Assembly (NCBI GenBank): GCA_951406725.2
Contig: OX597838.1
Location: 21,390,001-21,454,000 of the forward strand
From: Octopus vulgaris
Taxonomy: Eukaryota
DNA length: 64,000 nt
Direction of reading: 5' to 3'
Below, one piece after another: positions 1 through 12,819 of this stretch; the first letter of the stretch is position 1, and every line of letters starts with the position of its first letter. The position numbers and the translations under genes are program-made. Under the pieces are notes generated by a model. The model was not told the origin of the DNA, did not search any database, and worked only from the letters and a program-made list of their open reading frames with translations.

Positions 1-421
1 AGGCGCAGGAGTGGCTGTGTGGTAAGTAGCTTGCTAACCAACCACATGGTTCTGGGTTCAGTCCCACTGCGTGGCATCTTGGGCAAGTGTCTTCTGCTAT
101 AGCCCCAGCCGACCAATGCCTTGTGAGTGGATTTGGTAGATGGAAACTGAAAGAAGCCTGTCGTATATATGTATATATATATATATAAGTGTGTGTGTAT
201 ATGTTTGTGTGTCTGTGTTTGTCCCCCTAGCATTGCTTGTCAACCGATGCTGGTGTGTTTACGTCCCCGTCACTTAGCGGTTCGGCAAAAGAGACCGATA
301 GAATAAGTACTGGGCTTACAGAGAATAAGTCCCGGGGTCGATTTGCTTGACTAAAGGCGGTGCTCCAGCATGGCCGCAGTCAAATGACTGAAACAAGTAA
401 AAGAGTAAAGAGTAAAGAGTA
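1..421 (+). mobile_element. tRNA-derived SINE family A (AGGCGCAGGAGTGGCTG... head, CCTTGGGCAAGT motif, internal TA/TG repeat, (AAAGAGT)n tail)
   Basis: Near-identical copies throughout, about 4513-4840+, 4860-5023-, 6716-7024-, 24358-24613-, 34488-34865-, 37105-37516-, 39281-39592+, 41910-42293+, 46385-46781-, 49628-50330+, 58302-58820+, 60113-60467-, 60480-60708+, 61590-62012+. Confidence 0.9.
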
Positions 422-507
422 AATATAAAACCATCCGAATTTCTGAGTACCTCATTTCTTCTAATATATATACATATATATAAATAAAAATACTGAAAAA
501 ATCTTAC

Positions 508-597
508 AGCAGAGTTGTCTTTTAGCAGCAGGTTTTCAGGTTTCAAATCCCTGTGTGCTATATTTTGACTGTGGCATCTTTTGATGGCAGAGGTGAT
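508..597 (-). CDS. MAPKAPK5: MAPKAPK5 exon, catalytic loop (ITSAIKRCHSQNIAHRDLKPENLLLKDNSA)
   Basis: 90-nt phase-0 exon with tttgacag acceptor and GTAAG donor. HRDLKPEN intact and KDNS typical of MK5. Gene continues beyond base 1. Confidence 0.96.
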
Positions 598-831
598 CTG
601 TCAAAGAAAACAATGTTAAACAACAAAAAAATTTTTAAAAAGGCCAATAACAACAACAATAATAATAATAATCCTACTATAGGTAGAAAGGGCTGAAATT
701 TTGGAGGATGAGGGTAGGTTGATTACAATGACCCCAGTATTCAACTGGTATGTAATTTATTGATCCTGAAAGGGTGAACGGCAAAGTTGACCTCAGAGGA
801 CTTTGAACTGAGAATGTAAGGTTAAACTAAA

Positions 832-867
<36 letters not shown>

Positions 868-871
<4 letters not shown>

Positions 872-1400
872 GCCCTGATGCAGTACCAGGCAGTGGCTCT
901 CATGGCTTTTGATCTTAACTGATTGGAAGCGTTATCATGTACATTGTTTTGTCTTGGTATAAAAGATGGGCTACAGCAAATATTCTGCTCAATACCACAG
1001 ATTTGCTTGTCAGTTGTTTGACCATAACCAGTTGAGCATGTCCCTTAGTGGCTGACGATATGTGCATCTCTGATCACGAGCAGAAGTAGTGGGGGAGCAT
1101 CATAGCCATGTGTTGAGAGGGATTCTTTGGGGTTTGAATAATTCACCTATGGAAATATTGCTGTTTCGTTCAACATCCTTAAACAACCCTTATTCAGGGA
1201 CCTTTTGAGCGGGATTGACTACTCGACCTGAAAAAATTCTAACTGAGCCCTACTTACACGGTTCATGCGCTGTATATCTTGATATGAGATCACCATGTCA
1301 TGCACATATGGTTGAGATGCATGTGGCCGGTGTACCTTTATCAGATGGGTGGTCATGATGCGTATGTTGGATTTTATATATTTGTGCCCCAGTGTTACTT
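868..1400 (+). mobile_element. Non-coding element of about 540 bp embedded in (TAA)n
   Basis: Flanked by AAT repeats. Reverse-complement copies at 37780-38318 and 38412-38952, partial copy at about 30085-30240. Confidence 0.8.
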
Positions 1401-2566
1401 TAATAGATAATGATAAAAAAAAAAATAATAATAATAATGATTGGTTACAATTTATACTAAGAAATGAAGGATTGGGAAGTACAAAAATAAAACCATGTAT
1501 ACAATGAAAATAATGAAAATTTTCAATAATCAATTTTTATATTACATGAAAATTATTTATCCCGAAAAAAAAGGCATGCATTGCCTGCATACATCCTTCC
1601 CCACTGGTGTCTGTGTGTGTATGTAAAAAGCACCCAGTACACTCTTAAGTGGTTGGCATTAGGAAGGGCATCCAGCCGTAGAAACCACGTCACAACAGAC
1701 AGCTGGAATCTAGACAGCTCTCTGCTCGTCAGCTCCATTTCAAACTGTCCGATCCATGCCAGCATGGAAAAAGGATGCTAAATGATGATGAGTGGTTGGT
1801 ATTAGGAAGGGCATCCAGCTGTAAAGACCCTGCCAAAAACAGACAAAGTAGCCTGGGATCGTCTTCTACCTGGCCAGCTCCTGTCGAATTATCCAACCCA
1901 TGCCAGCATGGAAGATGGACGTTAAAGGATGATGGTGATGATGATGATGATACACAGGGTGTGGCAGAAGTAACACCCTTTCTCATTTGTACTTTCTTCA
2001 TAGTCTTCTACTTTGTACATACATACACACATATACATACATATATATATATATACATCTACATACATATATATGTACACATCTACATACATATATATGT
2101 ACATATATATATATACCTACATATATATATATATATATATATACATCTACATACATATATGTGTACATATATACATATACCTACATATATATATACATCT
2201 ACATACATATACCTACATATATATATACATGTACCTACATATATATATATACATATATATATATACATATATATATACACACATATATACACATATACAT
2301 ACATATACACTCATACATACATACACATATACATACATACATATATATACACACATAACATATATATACAAAACATATACATATATTATACATAACATAT
2401 ACACACCCATATATATGTATATACATACACATGAACAAACACACACACAATATATACACATGACCACACAAGTACACACACACATACACACACTACATAC
2501 ACATGAACACACACACTACATACACATAAACACACACACAGTACATACACATAAACACATACATAC

Positions 2567-2675
2567 CTGTTTTAAATAAAAGGTGGCTCTTTTCTCTGTG
2601 AAACATCTTTCTCTGCTGATTCGGTCGAATAACTCTCCTCCCTCCATCAATTCCATTATCATTAAGAGACGGGGT
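2567..2675 (-). CDS. MAPKAPK5: MAPKAPK5 exon, hinge region ([36 protein letters not shown])
   Basis: 109-nt exon with ttcag acceptor and CAG|GTATG donor. MEGGELF motif. Confidence 0.95.
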
Positions 2676-3731
2676 CTGAAAATAATATAATCAAGCAATT
2701 AGCTAATTAAGTACCACATACCAAATAAAACAAAAAGAATGAAAATTGAAATCGTTATAATCTCAAGATTTATTTATTTTTAGTTTCGAACACCTAACCT
2801 GCCCAGTCTGCTGTATGCTGTTGTTGTTGTTATTGTAGTTATTGCTGCAATCATTACTGTTTTGGGCCTCACGGGAGCAATGACCGATGCCAGTGTTACA
2901 TAACTGGCACCTTTGCTGGTGGCACATAAAAAGCACCTTTCAAGCATTGGGCCTCACAGAGGCAATGACACATGACTGAGGCCTTTTGGTAATGTGCCAT
3001 GCTTGTGAAGAAGACCCATGAAGCCAAGTGAAATTGTAGTTATGGCTGATACTGGGGTCACACAACTGGCACCCATGCTGGTGGCACGTAAAAGCCACCC
3101 ATTACACTCTCAGAATAGTTGGTGTTTGGGAAGGGCATCCAGCTGTAGAAAACCATGCCAAATCAGACCGGAGTTTGGTGCAGCTGCTCAGCTTACCAGC
3201 CTTGGTCAAACCATCCAGCCCATGCCCAGCATGGACAACGGACGTTAAATGATAATAATGATGATGATGATGCTTGCTTGATGAGACTGAGATCATTCCA
3301 AGTTAGTGGTCCCAGAGCCATCATCATGCATAAAGTAGATCAGTGCTATCCATCACTGACAGTCCCGTGCCAGCCCCTTTGTATACTCCAAGGTGATGTT
3401 AAGCCTCTGGAGATCTTCCCCAACCATATCCAGCCATGTGATGTGATGTCATCATCTTCATCATCAGCCTTCATCCATCTTTGAGCTGTCCTCATTCACT
3501 TGAAATACAAAGCTTCTCAAACACAATAACGGTTCTTGCAGTCTTATATTTGAGATTCCAAACAACGACCACCAATATTATTTCAACCGTCTCAAAGAAC
3601 ACCCAAGACAACAAAGAGCCTAGCAGCCACATACGATGTTAGCAGTAAGTGGAATTGCTGAGATTGTCACAGATGGATAACCAAAGCCAAAAGCAGGCCA
3701 GTCAGTGTTGTATGCAGAAGTTCTCTCTTAA

Positions 3732-3951
3732 CCCTTTAGTGTTCACATTATTCTGCCAAAATTAATCCTTTTTTATCCCCATTGTTTTGAACTAATCAGG
3801 CATTATGTTGTAGCTTTGAGATTTTGATGAGGTAGCTGTTAATTTTTAAAATGATATTATAGGTTGGTGTGAGAGACCAGATCTGGTTAGTTTGAACATA
3901 AAACAGGCAGAGTACTTTTGGCCGGATATGGCCAGTTTAAATGCTAAAGGG
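3732..3951. mobile_element. piggyBac-type MITE
   Basis: TTAA|CCCTTTAG...CTAAAGGG|TTAA termini. Confidence 0.85.
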
Positions 3952-5301
3952 TTAAGTTATGGCTACCTATCTTCATATGAAGAGGGAGGAAGAGGATATT
4001 GGAGATGCTCTGACAAAGGGATGACTATATCTAAAGGCTAAGTACCTTTCTAAGTGCTTATGTCACTGCATCAGTTGAAGTGGTTAACAATAGTAAAGGA
4101 AAGAAAAGTTACTCCAACAGAAGCCATTCCACTCACACTTGACAAAATGAATAATGAAGTACTAATTTAATTTATCTACTTAGGACAAATTAAAACATAT
4201 ATTCTTTTCTACCCTAGGTACAAGGCTCGAAATTTTTAGGGAAGGGGGCTAGGTGATTAGATTGACCCCAGTATGCAATTGGTACTTAATTTATCGACCC
4301 CAAAAGGATGAATGCAAAGTCAACTTTGGTGGAATTTGAACTCAGAACATAAAGACAAATGAAATACTGTTCAGCATTTCGCCTGGCATACTAACGTTTC
4401 TGCCAGCTCGCCACCTTAAATTAGAACATATTCAACTTACGTACCAACCACAAGGGGGATAAATATTACGTCTCAGTATTATCACTGCCTCTGTCGCTTA
4501 AATATAATCAGCGAGTGGCTGTGTGGTAAGTAGCTTGCTTACCAACCACATGGTTCCGGGTTCAGTCCCACTGCGTGGCACCTTGGACAAGTGTCTTCTA
4601 CTATAGCCTCGGGCTGACCAAAGCCTTGTGAGTGGATTTGGTAGACAGAAACTGAAAGAAACCTGTCGTATGTATATGTATATATATATATATATACATA
4701 CATATGTGTGTATGCCTGTCCCCGTAACATAGCGGTTTGGCAAAAGATACTGATAGAATAAGTACTGGGGTCAATTTGCTTGACTAAAGGCGGCGCTCCT
4801 CATGGTCACATTCAAATGACTGAAAGAAGTAAAAAAGAGTATATATATATATATATATACAATGGGCTTCTTTCAGTTTCTATATACCAAATCCACTCAC
4901 AAGGCTTTGGTCATCCCAAGGCTATGGGAGAAGACACTTCCTCACAAGGTGCCATGCAGTAGGATTGAACCCAGAATGATGTGGTTGAGAAGCTAGCTTC
5001 TTGCCACACAGCCACATCTGTGCCTCTCCACAAAGTATTTTAACAATTTTTATTATACGATTCCTAATAATATTTGATTGTAAAAAATATACGATTTTTA
5101 AAACACTGACTGGCTCTGGGGTCCACCTGAGTAAAACAGAAACCAAAAGGGTCCATAGATACAAAAAAGAAAAATTGGTTGAGAAGCACTGCTCTAGAAA
5201 TTTCTAAAATGATATTCTAGATAGTTTGCCTTTGGTCATTGTCATCATGAGTCAGGAGGATCAAGGTTGACCTAGGGCTAAAACAACAATAAAAGACTTA
5301 C

Positions 5302-5475
5302 TTGGGATGACATTCTCCTGGGAACTGGATGTTGTTCACATAGACATCGTAGACGGTCACGATATGTGGGTGATTGCTACACAGGATGTGAATCTTCGCT
5401 TCTGTCCTGGTTTGTAGGCAATCTGGGAGACACTTGACGGCAAACCTCTCTGACGTTGCCTTTTTCTTACACAAC
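5302..5475 (-). CDS. MAPKAPK5: MAPKAPK5 exon with catalytic lysine and alphaC (LCKKKATSERFAVKCLPDCLQTRTEAKIHILCSNHPHIVTVYDVYVNNIQFPGECHP-K)
   Basis: 174-nt exon bounded by AG/GT with consistent phases. Resembles human VCVKKSTQERFALK...HPNIV...NSVQFPHE, including the MK5-type QFP insert. Confidence 0.95.
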
Positions 5476-5989
5476 CTACAAGACACACATACCAACTGTT
5501 TAGAATGAAAATTTCAAATTATTTGTAAATAAATGGAATTTCACAAGAAACAAATCTGGAATTAATAATAATAACAATAATCCTTTCTACTTGAGGCACA
5601 AGACCTGAAATTTTTTTTTGGGGGGGACTAATTGATTACATTGACCCAAGTGTTTCACTACTATTTAATTTATCGACCCCAAAAGGATTTGAACTCAGAA
5701 CATAGGCGTAGGAGTGGCTGTGTGGTAAGTAGCTTGCTTACCAACCACATGGTTCCTGGTTCATTCCCACTGAGTGGCACCTTGGGTAAGTGTCTTCTAC
5801 AGGAAATAACACTTACTGACCAAAAGCAAAAAAGAAAAAAAATTGTTACATAGTGTAACATATGGCCACAGAGACATCGACCTTGGTGGAATTTGAACTC
5901 AGAATATAAGAACAGACAGAATGCTGCTAAGCATTTTGCCTAGCATGCTATCAGTTCTGCCAGCTTGTCACCCTGGCTTGATTAGTAAA

Positions 5990-6320
5990 AATAATAAACT
6001 GCACCAATTGGCCAGATATTATCATTAAAAATTTTTTAAATAAAACTTGCCAATTCACTGATATGACTATACTGTCTGATAAAAATGTATCTGCAAAAGA
6101 ATGCGAAATAAAAAGTCCTAGAAATTGAGATTAGCAAAATATGGCAATTGAAGACACAAACAACCCCAGTTGTTGTAACTGATGTGATTGGAATCATAAA
6201 GAATGGTCTAAATCAGCTTCATGGAAAAACATCCCTTGTGTCCCAGAATCCCTCACATCAATGAATCAAGTGTATTATGAACACAGTCATCCTAATAAGG
6301 ACAAGCTGTTTTCATGTGAC
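5990..6320 (+). pseudogene. R4/Dong-like restriction-like endonuclease fragment
   Basis: Degenerate KTCQFTDMTILSDKNVSAKE...LEIEISKIWQLKTQTTPVVV..IGIIKNG, with an (AAT)n tract downstream at about 6595. Confidence 0.65.
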
Positions 6321-6623
6321 GTACACAACAACGATTAGCATATCTGTGTTTGAATCTGCCAGAAGGAATTGAAAATAAACAAGCAAGTCATCGTTTCAGA
6401 TCTCAATTTACACAGTGCAAATAACAATTTACTATTTAAATTTACAATTCCTATATAGTGAGTCCTAATTAATTTGATATCTTTTTATAGCTACATCATG
6501 CTGTGAAGTGCTAGGATTACATAGAAAGACCTGCACCAGATATCTGGTTGACACTCAGCTGGGACTGTCAAATGAATCAGTATCACAATAAATTAATAAT
6601 AATAATAATAATAATGATAATAA

Positions 6624-6655
<32 letters not shown>

Positions 6656-7452
6656 ATAATAATAATCCTTTCTACAATAGGCACAAGGCCTGGAGTATGG
6701 GGGAGAGGGGAAAGCCTAGTACTTATTCAATCGGTCACTTTTGCCGAACCGCTAGGTGACGGGAACATAAACACACCAGCATCGGTTGTCAAGCGATGTT
6801 TGGAGGACAAACACAGACACACAAACACATATACACACATACATATATATACATATATACGACGGGCTTCTTTCAGTTTCCGTCTACCAAATCCACTCAC
6901 AATGCTTTGGTCGGCCTGAGGCTATAGTAGAAAACACTTGCCCAAGGTGCCATGTAGTGGGACTGAACCCTGAACCATGTGGTCGGTAAGCAAGCTACTT
7001 ACCACACAGCCACTCCTACGCCTATATATATATATATATATATATATACTTTTTTCCCACAGGGGGCTAAACACAGAGGTGACAAACAAGGACAGACAAA
7101 GGGATTAAGTCAATTACATCGACACCAGTGCGTAACTGGTACTTATGAGGCTAACGTTTCTGCCAGCTCGCTGCCTTCAAAAACAAGCTTCTTATACAGC
7201 TGCATGACCTTCAAGAAATAGCAACCAAATATTCTTTAAATTGTTTTAGAGAAAGAAGGACACATTGGCTAGTACAGTCCTAGAAACATTATGCCTGAAA
7301 TAAGATAAGACGGTTGTCTTACATCAAAGTTTGCTCAATGAGAGGATTTTGAACAGAACCAGGTATCTTCGTCATATAAACACAACTAGATTAACAATGA
7401 TTAAATAACAAGTAGAGATAAAGGAAAATCCACTCTGACCACCACCACTTAC

Positions 7453-7526
7453 CTGACGGGTCCATTGCTGCCACTACCTAACTTCTCTTTCCAGTAGATT
7501 ATATAGTCGTCCAGTACCGAGTGTGT
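7453..7526 (-). CDS. MAPKAPK5: MAPKAPK5 exon with glycine-rich loop (THSVLDDYIIYWKEKLGSGSNGPV-R)
   Basis: 74-nt exon with tttactag acceptor and AG|GTAAGT donor. Aligns by eye to human ETSILEEYSINWTQKLGAGISGPVR. Confidence 0.93.
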
Positions 7527-7791
7527 CTAGTAAAAGATAGGTAAGAAGATGGTTAAAGTTAACTCAAGCCACATTCTTGACTTACATACACACACAGACA
7601 TACTGCTGTTATTGGTCAAGGCAGGTCATATGGTATTGTTACAGATAAGATCAGCAACAGTGTATCATCATCATCATCGTTTAACGTCTGTTTTCCATGC
7701 CAGCATGGGTTGGACGGTTCGACCGGGGTCTGGGAAGCCAGGAGGCTGCACCAGGCTCCAGTCTGATCTAGCAGTGTTTCTACAGCTGGAG

Positions 7792-7952
7792 GCCCAACCT
7801 TTTGAGTTCTTTCAAAAGGCTTGGAAAAACTAAAGAACTGCTGCAATAAGTGTGAATCTGAGAGGTAAATATGTTGAATAAAATCATAATTAACTGATCT
7901 TCCTGTATTTACTTTTACACAAAGCCAGGAACTTTGTCAGCACTTCCTTGTA
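7792..7952 (+). mobile_element. Mariner 3' end with TIR
   Basis: Degenerate ...CCNK..NLRGKYVE* followed by AAAGCCAGGAACTT...CCTTGTA. A matching left-end-like sequence lies at about 63683. Confidence 0.55.
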
Positions 7953-8278
7953 TATAAATATATATGCATGCATGCATGTATGTATGTTTGTATGTATGTA
8001 TGAAAGTACATGGCTCAGTGGTTAGAGCATTGGATTCACAATCATGAGGTAGTGAGTTCGATTCCTGGACCAGGTTGTGTGTTGTGTTCTTGAGCAAGAC
8101 ACTTTATTTCACGTTGCTCCAGTTCACTCACCTGTAGAAATGAGTTGTGACATCACTGGTGCCAAGATGTATCGGCCCCTTTGCCTTTCTTTTGGACACT
8201 GGACAACACTGGGGAGCCATCTGTGTATTGGAATGTGTGTGTGTGTGGGGGGGTTCATTGTCCCAGACTAGAACTTAC

Positions 8279-8308
8279 CTTGACCTGTAAGGTGCCATAA
8301 TCTGCCAT
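8279..8308 (-). CDS. MAPKAPK5: MAP kinase-activated protein kinase 5, first coding segment (MADYGTLQVK); exon probably 8279-8431 including 5' UTR
   Basis: ATG at 8308 in context CCAATGG, 10 codons, phase-0 donor AAG|GTAAGT at 8278. Polypyrimidine+CAG acceptor at 8432. Joins in frame to the 7453-7526 exon, like the short first coding exon of vertebrate MK5. Confidence 0.75.
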
Positions 8309-8534
8309 TGGTGGTGTCCTCAAATTATTCTAGACTTTCCTGGTGAAGAACATACTTGGTAGGTAACATCTTCCATCAGACATGAAGTAAACAACTGAAT
8401 CTTGACCAATGGTTGACCATTGACCATTTATCTGTATAGGAATGGAAGAGAAAAAGCAAGCAAAAATGTAGATTGTGTTTACTAAACAATACCATAATTA
8501 GTTAAATCATCTGCACCTCTTAAATTATTTATAT

Positions 8535-9247
8535 CAGTTAGAATACATCTATTAGACTGTCTACATTGGGATATATGCATCTGTTAGGATTTCAACATCT
8601 GTTAGACTATGTTAGGATAACTACATTTGTTAGATTATATTAGCATATCTACATCCGATAGACTATATACATCTATTAGACTATGTTAGAATACCTACAT
8701 CTGCTAGGCTATGCTAGGATATCTACATCTGCTAGACTACCTACATCTGTTAGACTACATACATCTATTAGACTATGTTAGGATACCTGCATCTGTGAGA
8801 CTATGTTAGGATATCTACATCTTATTTTTTTTCTATTGCCCACAAAGGGCTAAACACAGAGGGGACAAACAAGGACAGACAAAGGGATTAAGTTGATTAT
8901 ATTGACCCCAGTGCCTAACTGGTACTTATTTAATCGACCCCGAAAGGATGAAAGGCAAAGTCGACCACGGCAGAATTTGAACTCAGAACGTAACAGCAGA
9001 TGAAATACCACAAAGCATTTCGCCCGGCGTGCTAACGTTTCTGCCAGTTCACCACCTTATCTACATCTGTTAGACTACATACATCTATTAGACTATGTTA
9101 GCATACCTACATCTGTTACACTATGTTAGGATATCTACATCTGTTAGACTACATACATCCATTAGACTATGTTAGGATACCTACATCTGTTAGACTATGT
9201 TAGGATATCTACATCTTTCAGACTATATTAGGATATCAACATCTGTT
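8535..9247. repeat. Minisatellite (CTACATCTGTTAGACTATGTTAGGATA variants) split by a SINE
   Basis: Many 18-30-bp related units on both sides of the SINE at 8826-9058. Confidence 0.9.
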
Positions 9248-9845
9248 TCTACCTGTGTGTAAGATGTGCAATTTTTTAATTCTTAACTGTATAAAAAAAA
9301 TTGCCCTGCATCTAATGTGACAGTATTATTGATTAGAAACCAAGTGCTGTAGGATAGGGAGCTGGATAAGTATAAATCCCCTCCACACGATAATTATTAT
9401 TAACAATTAAATAGCGTTAAGGTGAGCTGGCAGAATCATTAGTATGCTGGGCAAAATGCTTAGTGGTATTTTGTCCATTTTAATGCCCTGAGTTCAAAAT
9501 CCGATGAGGTTTACCTTGCCTTTTATCCTCTCGGGGTTGATAAAATATGTACCAGCTGAGCACAGGGGTCGATGTAATCGACTTACACCCTACCCTAAAA
9601 TTACTGGCCTTGTGCCAAAATTTGAAACCAATAATAAAATAGCAAAAACCATGTGAAAATATCAGAGTCTGTTAACACAAATTTACAAAAAAATTGCTTA
9701 GAGTGTGTCAGTATTTTTGTGAAGCAGGGGTCACATCATCTTGCTATACTTCCTCCCCTGACATACATAATCCACACCTGATTTGGGTCTTACAGTATTT
9801 AATGACTATGTGACCTTTAAGAGAGGTTTTTACAATTATCAAACT

Positions 9846-10186
9846 CAATGGTTTACAACCAGGGCCCATGTAAGATTTTGGGTGAGGTGGGGGTCTACAC
9901 AAGCAAATTAGTAAATTAGACCTGTGGTAGTATTTTATGGGTCCACGAAAAACAATTTTTGTTTTAGATGTATCTGTTGCAAGAAACAGCTAGGTTTTGT
10001 TCTCTGGCATTTTATATAGTTCAGCCTACACAAACGAATGTGTGATAGGCAAGACTGGAATTTTGAAAGGAATATTTATAAATTTAGTTTTTTTAAACAT
10101 CAAATGGCTATGGTGGTGGTGGTCCACCAGAATAGAATAGTAATCAAAAGGGGTCTGTAGATAAAAAAATGCTTTGAGAACCACTG
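9846..10186. mobile_element. Old hAT-like MITE
   Basis: CAATGGTTTACAA...TTGAGAACCACTG termini (CAGTGGTTCTCAA type). A related end lies at about 5180-5192. Confidence 0.55.
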
Positions 10187-10365
10187 ATCTAACTGAAAAA
10201 TTCCTTTAGAAAAATTAGATGCAACAAGTGGATGTATGTGTGTGTATATATATATATATATATATAGTTAATCCAAACATGAAAACACAAAGAGAAAACA
10301 CAACGCGAGGACGTGGAACAAATATAGTATTATTGGACGCTCAGGACGAAAGGGAAGAAGGAGGG

Positions 10366-10399
10366 TTTAACATTTCGAGTGGAGCTCTTCGTCAGAAAC
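10366..10399 (-). ncRNA. Minimal hammerhead motif (same family as 26670 and 58543)
   Basis: GTTT-CTGACGA-A-GAG(CTCCA)CTC-GAAAT-GTT-AAAC within a roughly 200-bp insert between TA repeats. Confidence 0.55.
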
Positions 10400-10513
10400 A
10401 TAAGGAAAAGGAAAGATCCAGAGAAGGGAAGACGGAGGAAAAAAATCGCCAACGGTACACACACGGTATGTATACACACACACACACACATATATATATA
10501 CATATATGTATAT

Positions 10514-10547
<34 letters not shown>

Positions 10548-10555
10548 ATGTATGC

Positions 10556-10586
<31 letters not shown>

Positions 10587-10863
10587 TCCATGTATGCATA
10601 TACATATATATATATATATATATATATCCATGTATGCATATATATATATATATATATATACAAAAAGCAATAAAGATTCAAGTTAATTTAAATGAATTTA
10701 CTTGAATATGGTACCTAACTTAGATGCACCAAAAAAAAACTATACTGATTTAACAATACAGTAATGTGGGGTGATTATAAGCGAGAATGAAGCAACAAGA
10801 ATGGATAGGTTTTTAGTACAAACGATTGTACTAAAACCTATCCATTCTTGTTGCTTCATTCTC

Positions 10864-10909
<46 letters not shown>

Positions 10910-11002
10910 TTAGAGACAAAACCACTATTATGCAAATCAAACAAAGAAAGACTTATTCCAATACATAAAAAATTTTATATAAATTAAATAAAATTAAATT
11001 CG

Positions 11003-11049
11003 CCACTCCAATTGTTTCGTGTCTCTTCTAAGGACATTCATCAGGTGGT
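11003..11049 (-). ncRNA. Hammerhead-like motif, third family
   Basis: CCAC-CTGATGA-A-TGTC(CTTAGAAGA)GACA-C-GAAAC-AATT-GGA-GTGG. Core and stems I/II present, cleavage triplet degenerate. Confidence 0.5.
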
Positions 11050-12370
11050 TTTCAAATCTTAAATCTGATTTTTCCCTGTAAATTTGGATTTATTCCCTAA
11101 TATTTATTATTATATATATATATATATATATACATGTATGCATATACATATGTATACACACACACAACAGGCTTCTTTCAATTTCCATTAACCAGATTCA
11201 GTCGCAAGGCAATGACCTGGAACCATAGTAGAAAACATTGCCCAAGGTGCCACACGGTGGGACTAAACAGAACGCGAAACCATGCAGTTGGGAAGAAGCA
11301 AACTTCTTTGGAAGGTTTATTCATTTTTTTCCACTTAAACAAATGTGTCTGCCTATTACACTTCCAGCCAGCCCCAGGCAGGTAATTCTAGCTTCAACAG
11401 CTGACGGATGATTCAGTGCATGAATAGGAAACAGCTGTGCTGTTACATGAAATCTAGATTGGTTTCTGGAATTTTCCATTTATAATGCTTTCTCATTCAA
11501 ATTTTTTTTTTTTTTTTTTTTTCATGTTTTGGATTTCAAAATTTCAGATAGAGCTTTATAAATCGTATCAATTTCAGCGAGGGGAACTGCTATGTGGTCG
11601 TTCGGCCTGCTAGAAATAACAGCCGATTCTCTTTCAAATAAGACCTGTCCTTAAAAAGGTAAAAAAGAAAAAAAAAAAAAAAAGAAAAAGAAACAAAGGG
11701 AATGATACATAATGTGATTCTGAATTCCTTGCCTATATGTGGAAAAGTTGTGATGGTCTCCACTGGAATGTCTTTGATCATATGTCTGCTTTATCAAACC
11801 ACAACAAAAGCCTCGCTAGAAATAGCAGCCGAATCTCTCTCAAATAACGTATTACGTAAAGTAAAGTTACATTAGATTTAACAACCAGAATACTTTTCCT
11901 TGTATGATCTGCTCGATCAAGACTGACCTAGGGTTAAACAAGAACAACACTTCACAAATAAAATCCTATTTGGCGAACAAGACCGGCTTTTCTTGGACTG
12001 TCATGGTGGTAGTGATGGAAGTAGCGACGGCGATGGTGGCGGTAATATCTAACCTCAGGACAGTCCGGGTCGAGAAGACTATTCCCGCGGTGACCATCCC
12101 ATCTTTTTCACCTATGTGCAGGGGAAACTGAAGACCACCTTAACCCCCCATCACCACCTACCACCATTCTCTACGACGAGTAGAGTGTGGGTTGATCGAG
12201 ATTTTAGGAGCGATTTCTAGCAGGCCGGAGGACCACTACAAAGAATGCATGTCTAGAATGGATGGAATTTACGATGCTTGAAATTTCCATCATGCGGTAT
12301 TGTTGCGAAAAAAAAAAAGCAACAACAACAACAAAAAACAAACTAAATAATAACAAATAAGATGCAGCTT

Positions 12371-12819
12371 GGCGATCTTTCGTCTCTAGTAGACCTTTCC
12401 GTCGATTTCCGTAAAAAAAATTTTTTTTTTTACATATGGGCTTGCGGGAACTTTTGAAGTAATATACATACATATACACATACACCGAGTAAAAAATTTC
12501 AGTTATCTCTTTCTTTCACACATTACTCTGTCTCTTCATACACACTAACAGAAGCACTTCACTTACACAACATACTGTCTGTCTTCCACACCCCATCAAA
12601 CACACACACACACACACACATGTACATCAATGCTTCACATGTACATCAATGCTTCCCATGCACGGTAACTTCAAAAGAACTTCCCTCGTCATACAATCGC
12701 TTTCTCTTAGTCTCTTTCGCTCTCATTACTTCAAAAGTTCCCGCAAGCCCATATGTAAAAAAAAAAAATTTTTTTTTACGGAAATCGACGGAAAGGTCTA
12801 CTAGAGACGAAAGATTGCC
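12371..12819. mobile_element. MITE with about 93-bp TIRs and 8-bp TSD (Merlin-like)
   Basis: TIR GGCGATCTTTCGTCTCTAGTAGACC... at both ends. TSD TGCAGCTT at 12363-12370 and 12820-12827. Confidence 0.88.

Noticed and set aside
1775-2579. Long YI/HT-rich ORFs (also 10219-10705, 24395-25272, 59770-60079)
   Set aside because: Translations of TA/CA microsatellites.
4498-4743. Recurrent [28 protein letters not shown] and DPERMKGKVDLGGI peptides
   Set aside because: Antisense translations of SINE families A and B.
8535-9247. CRISPR-like array
   Set aside because: Eukaryotic intron. Units are degenerate with no unique spacers and no cas genes.
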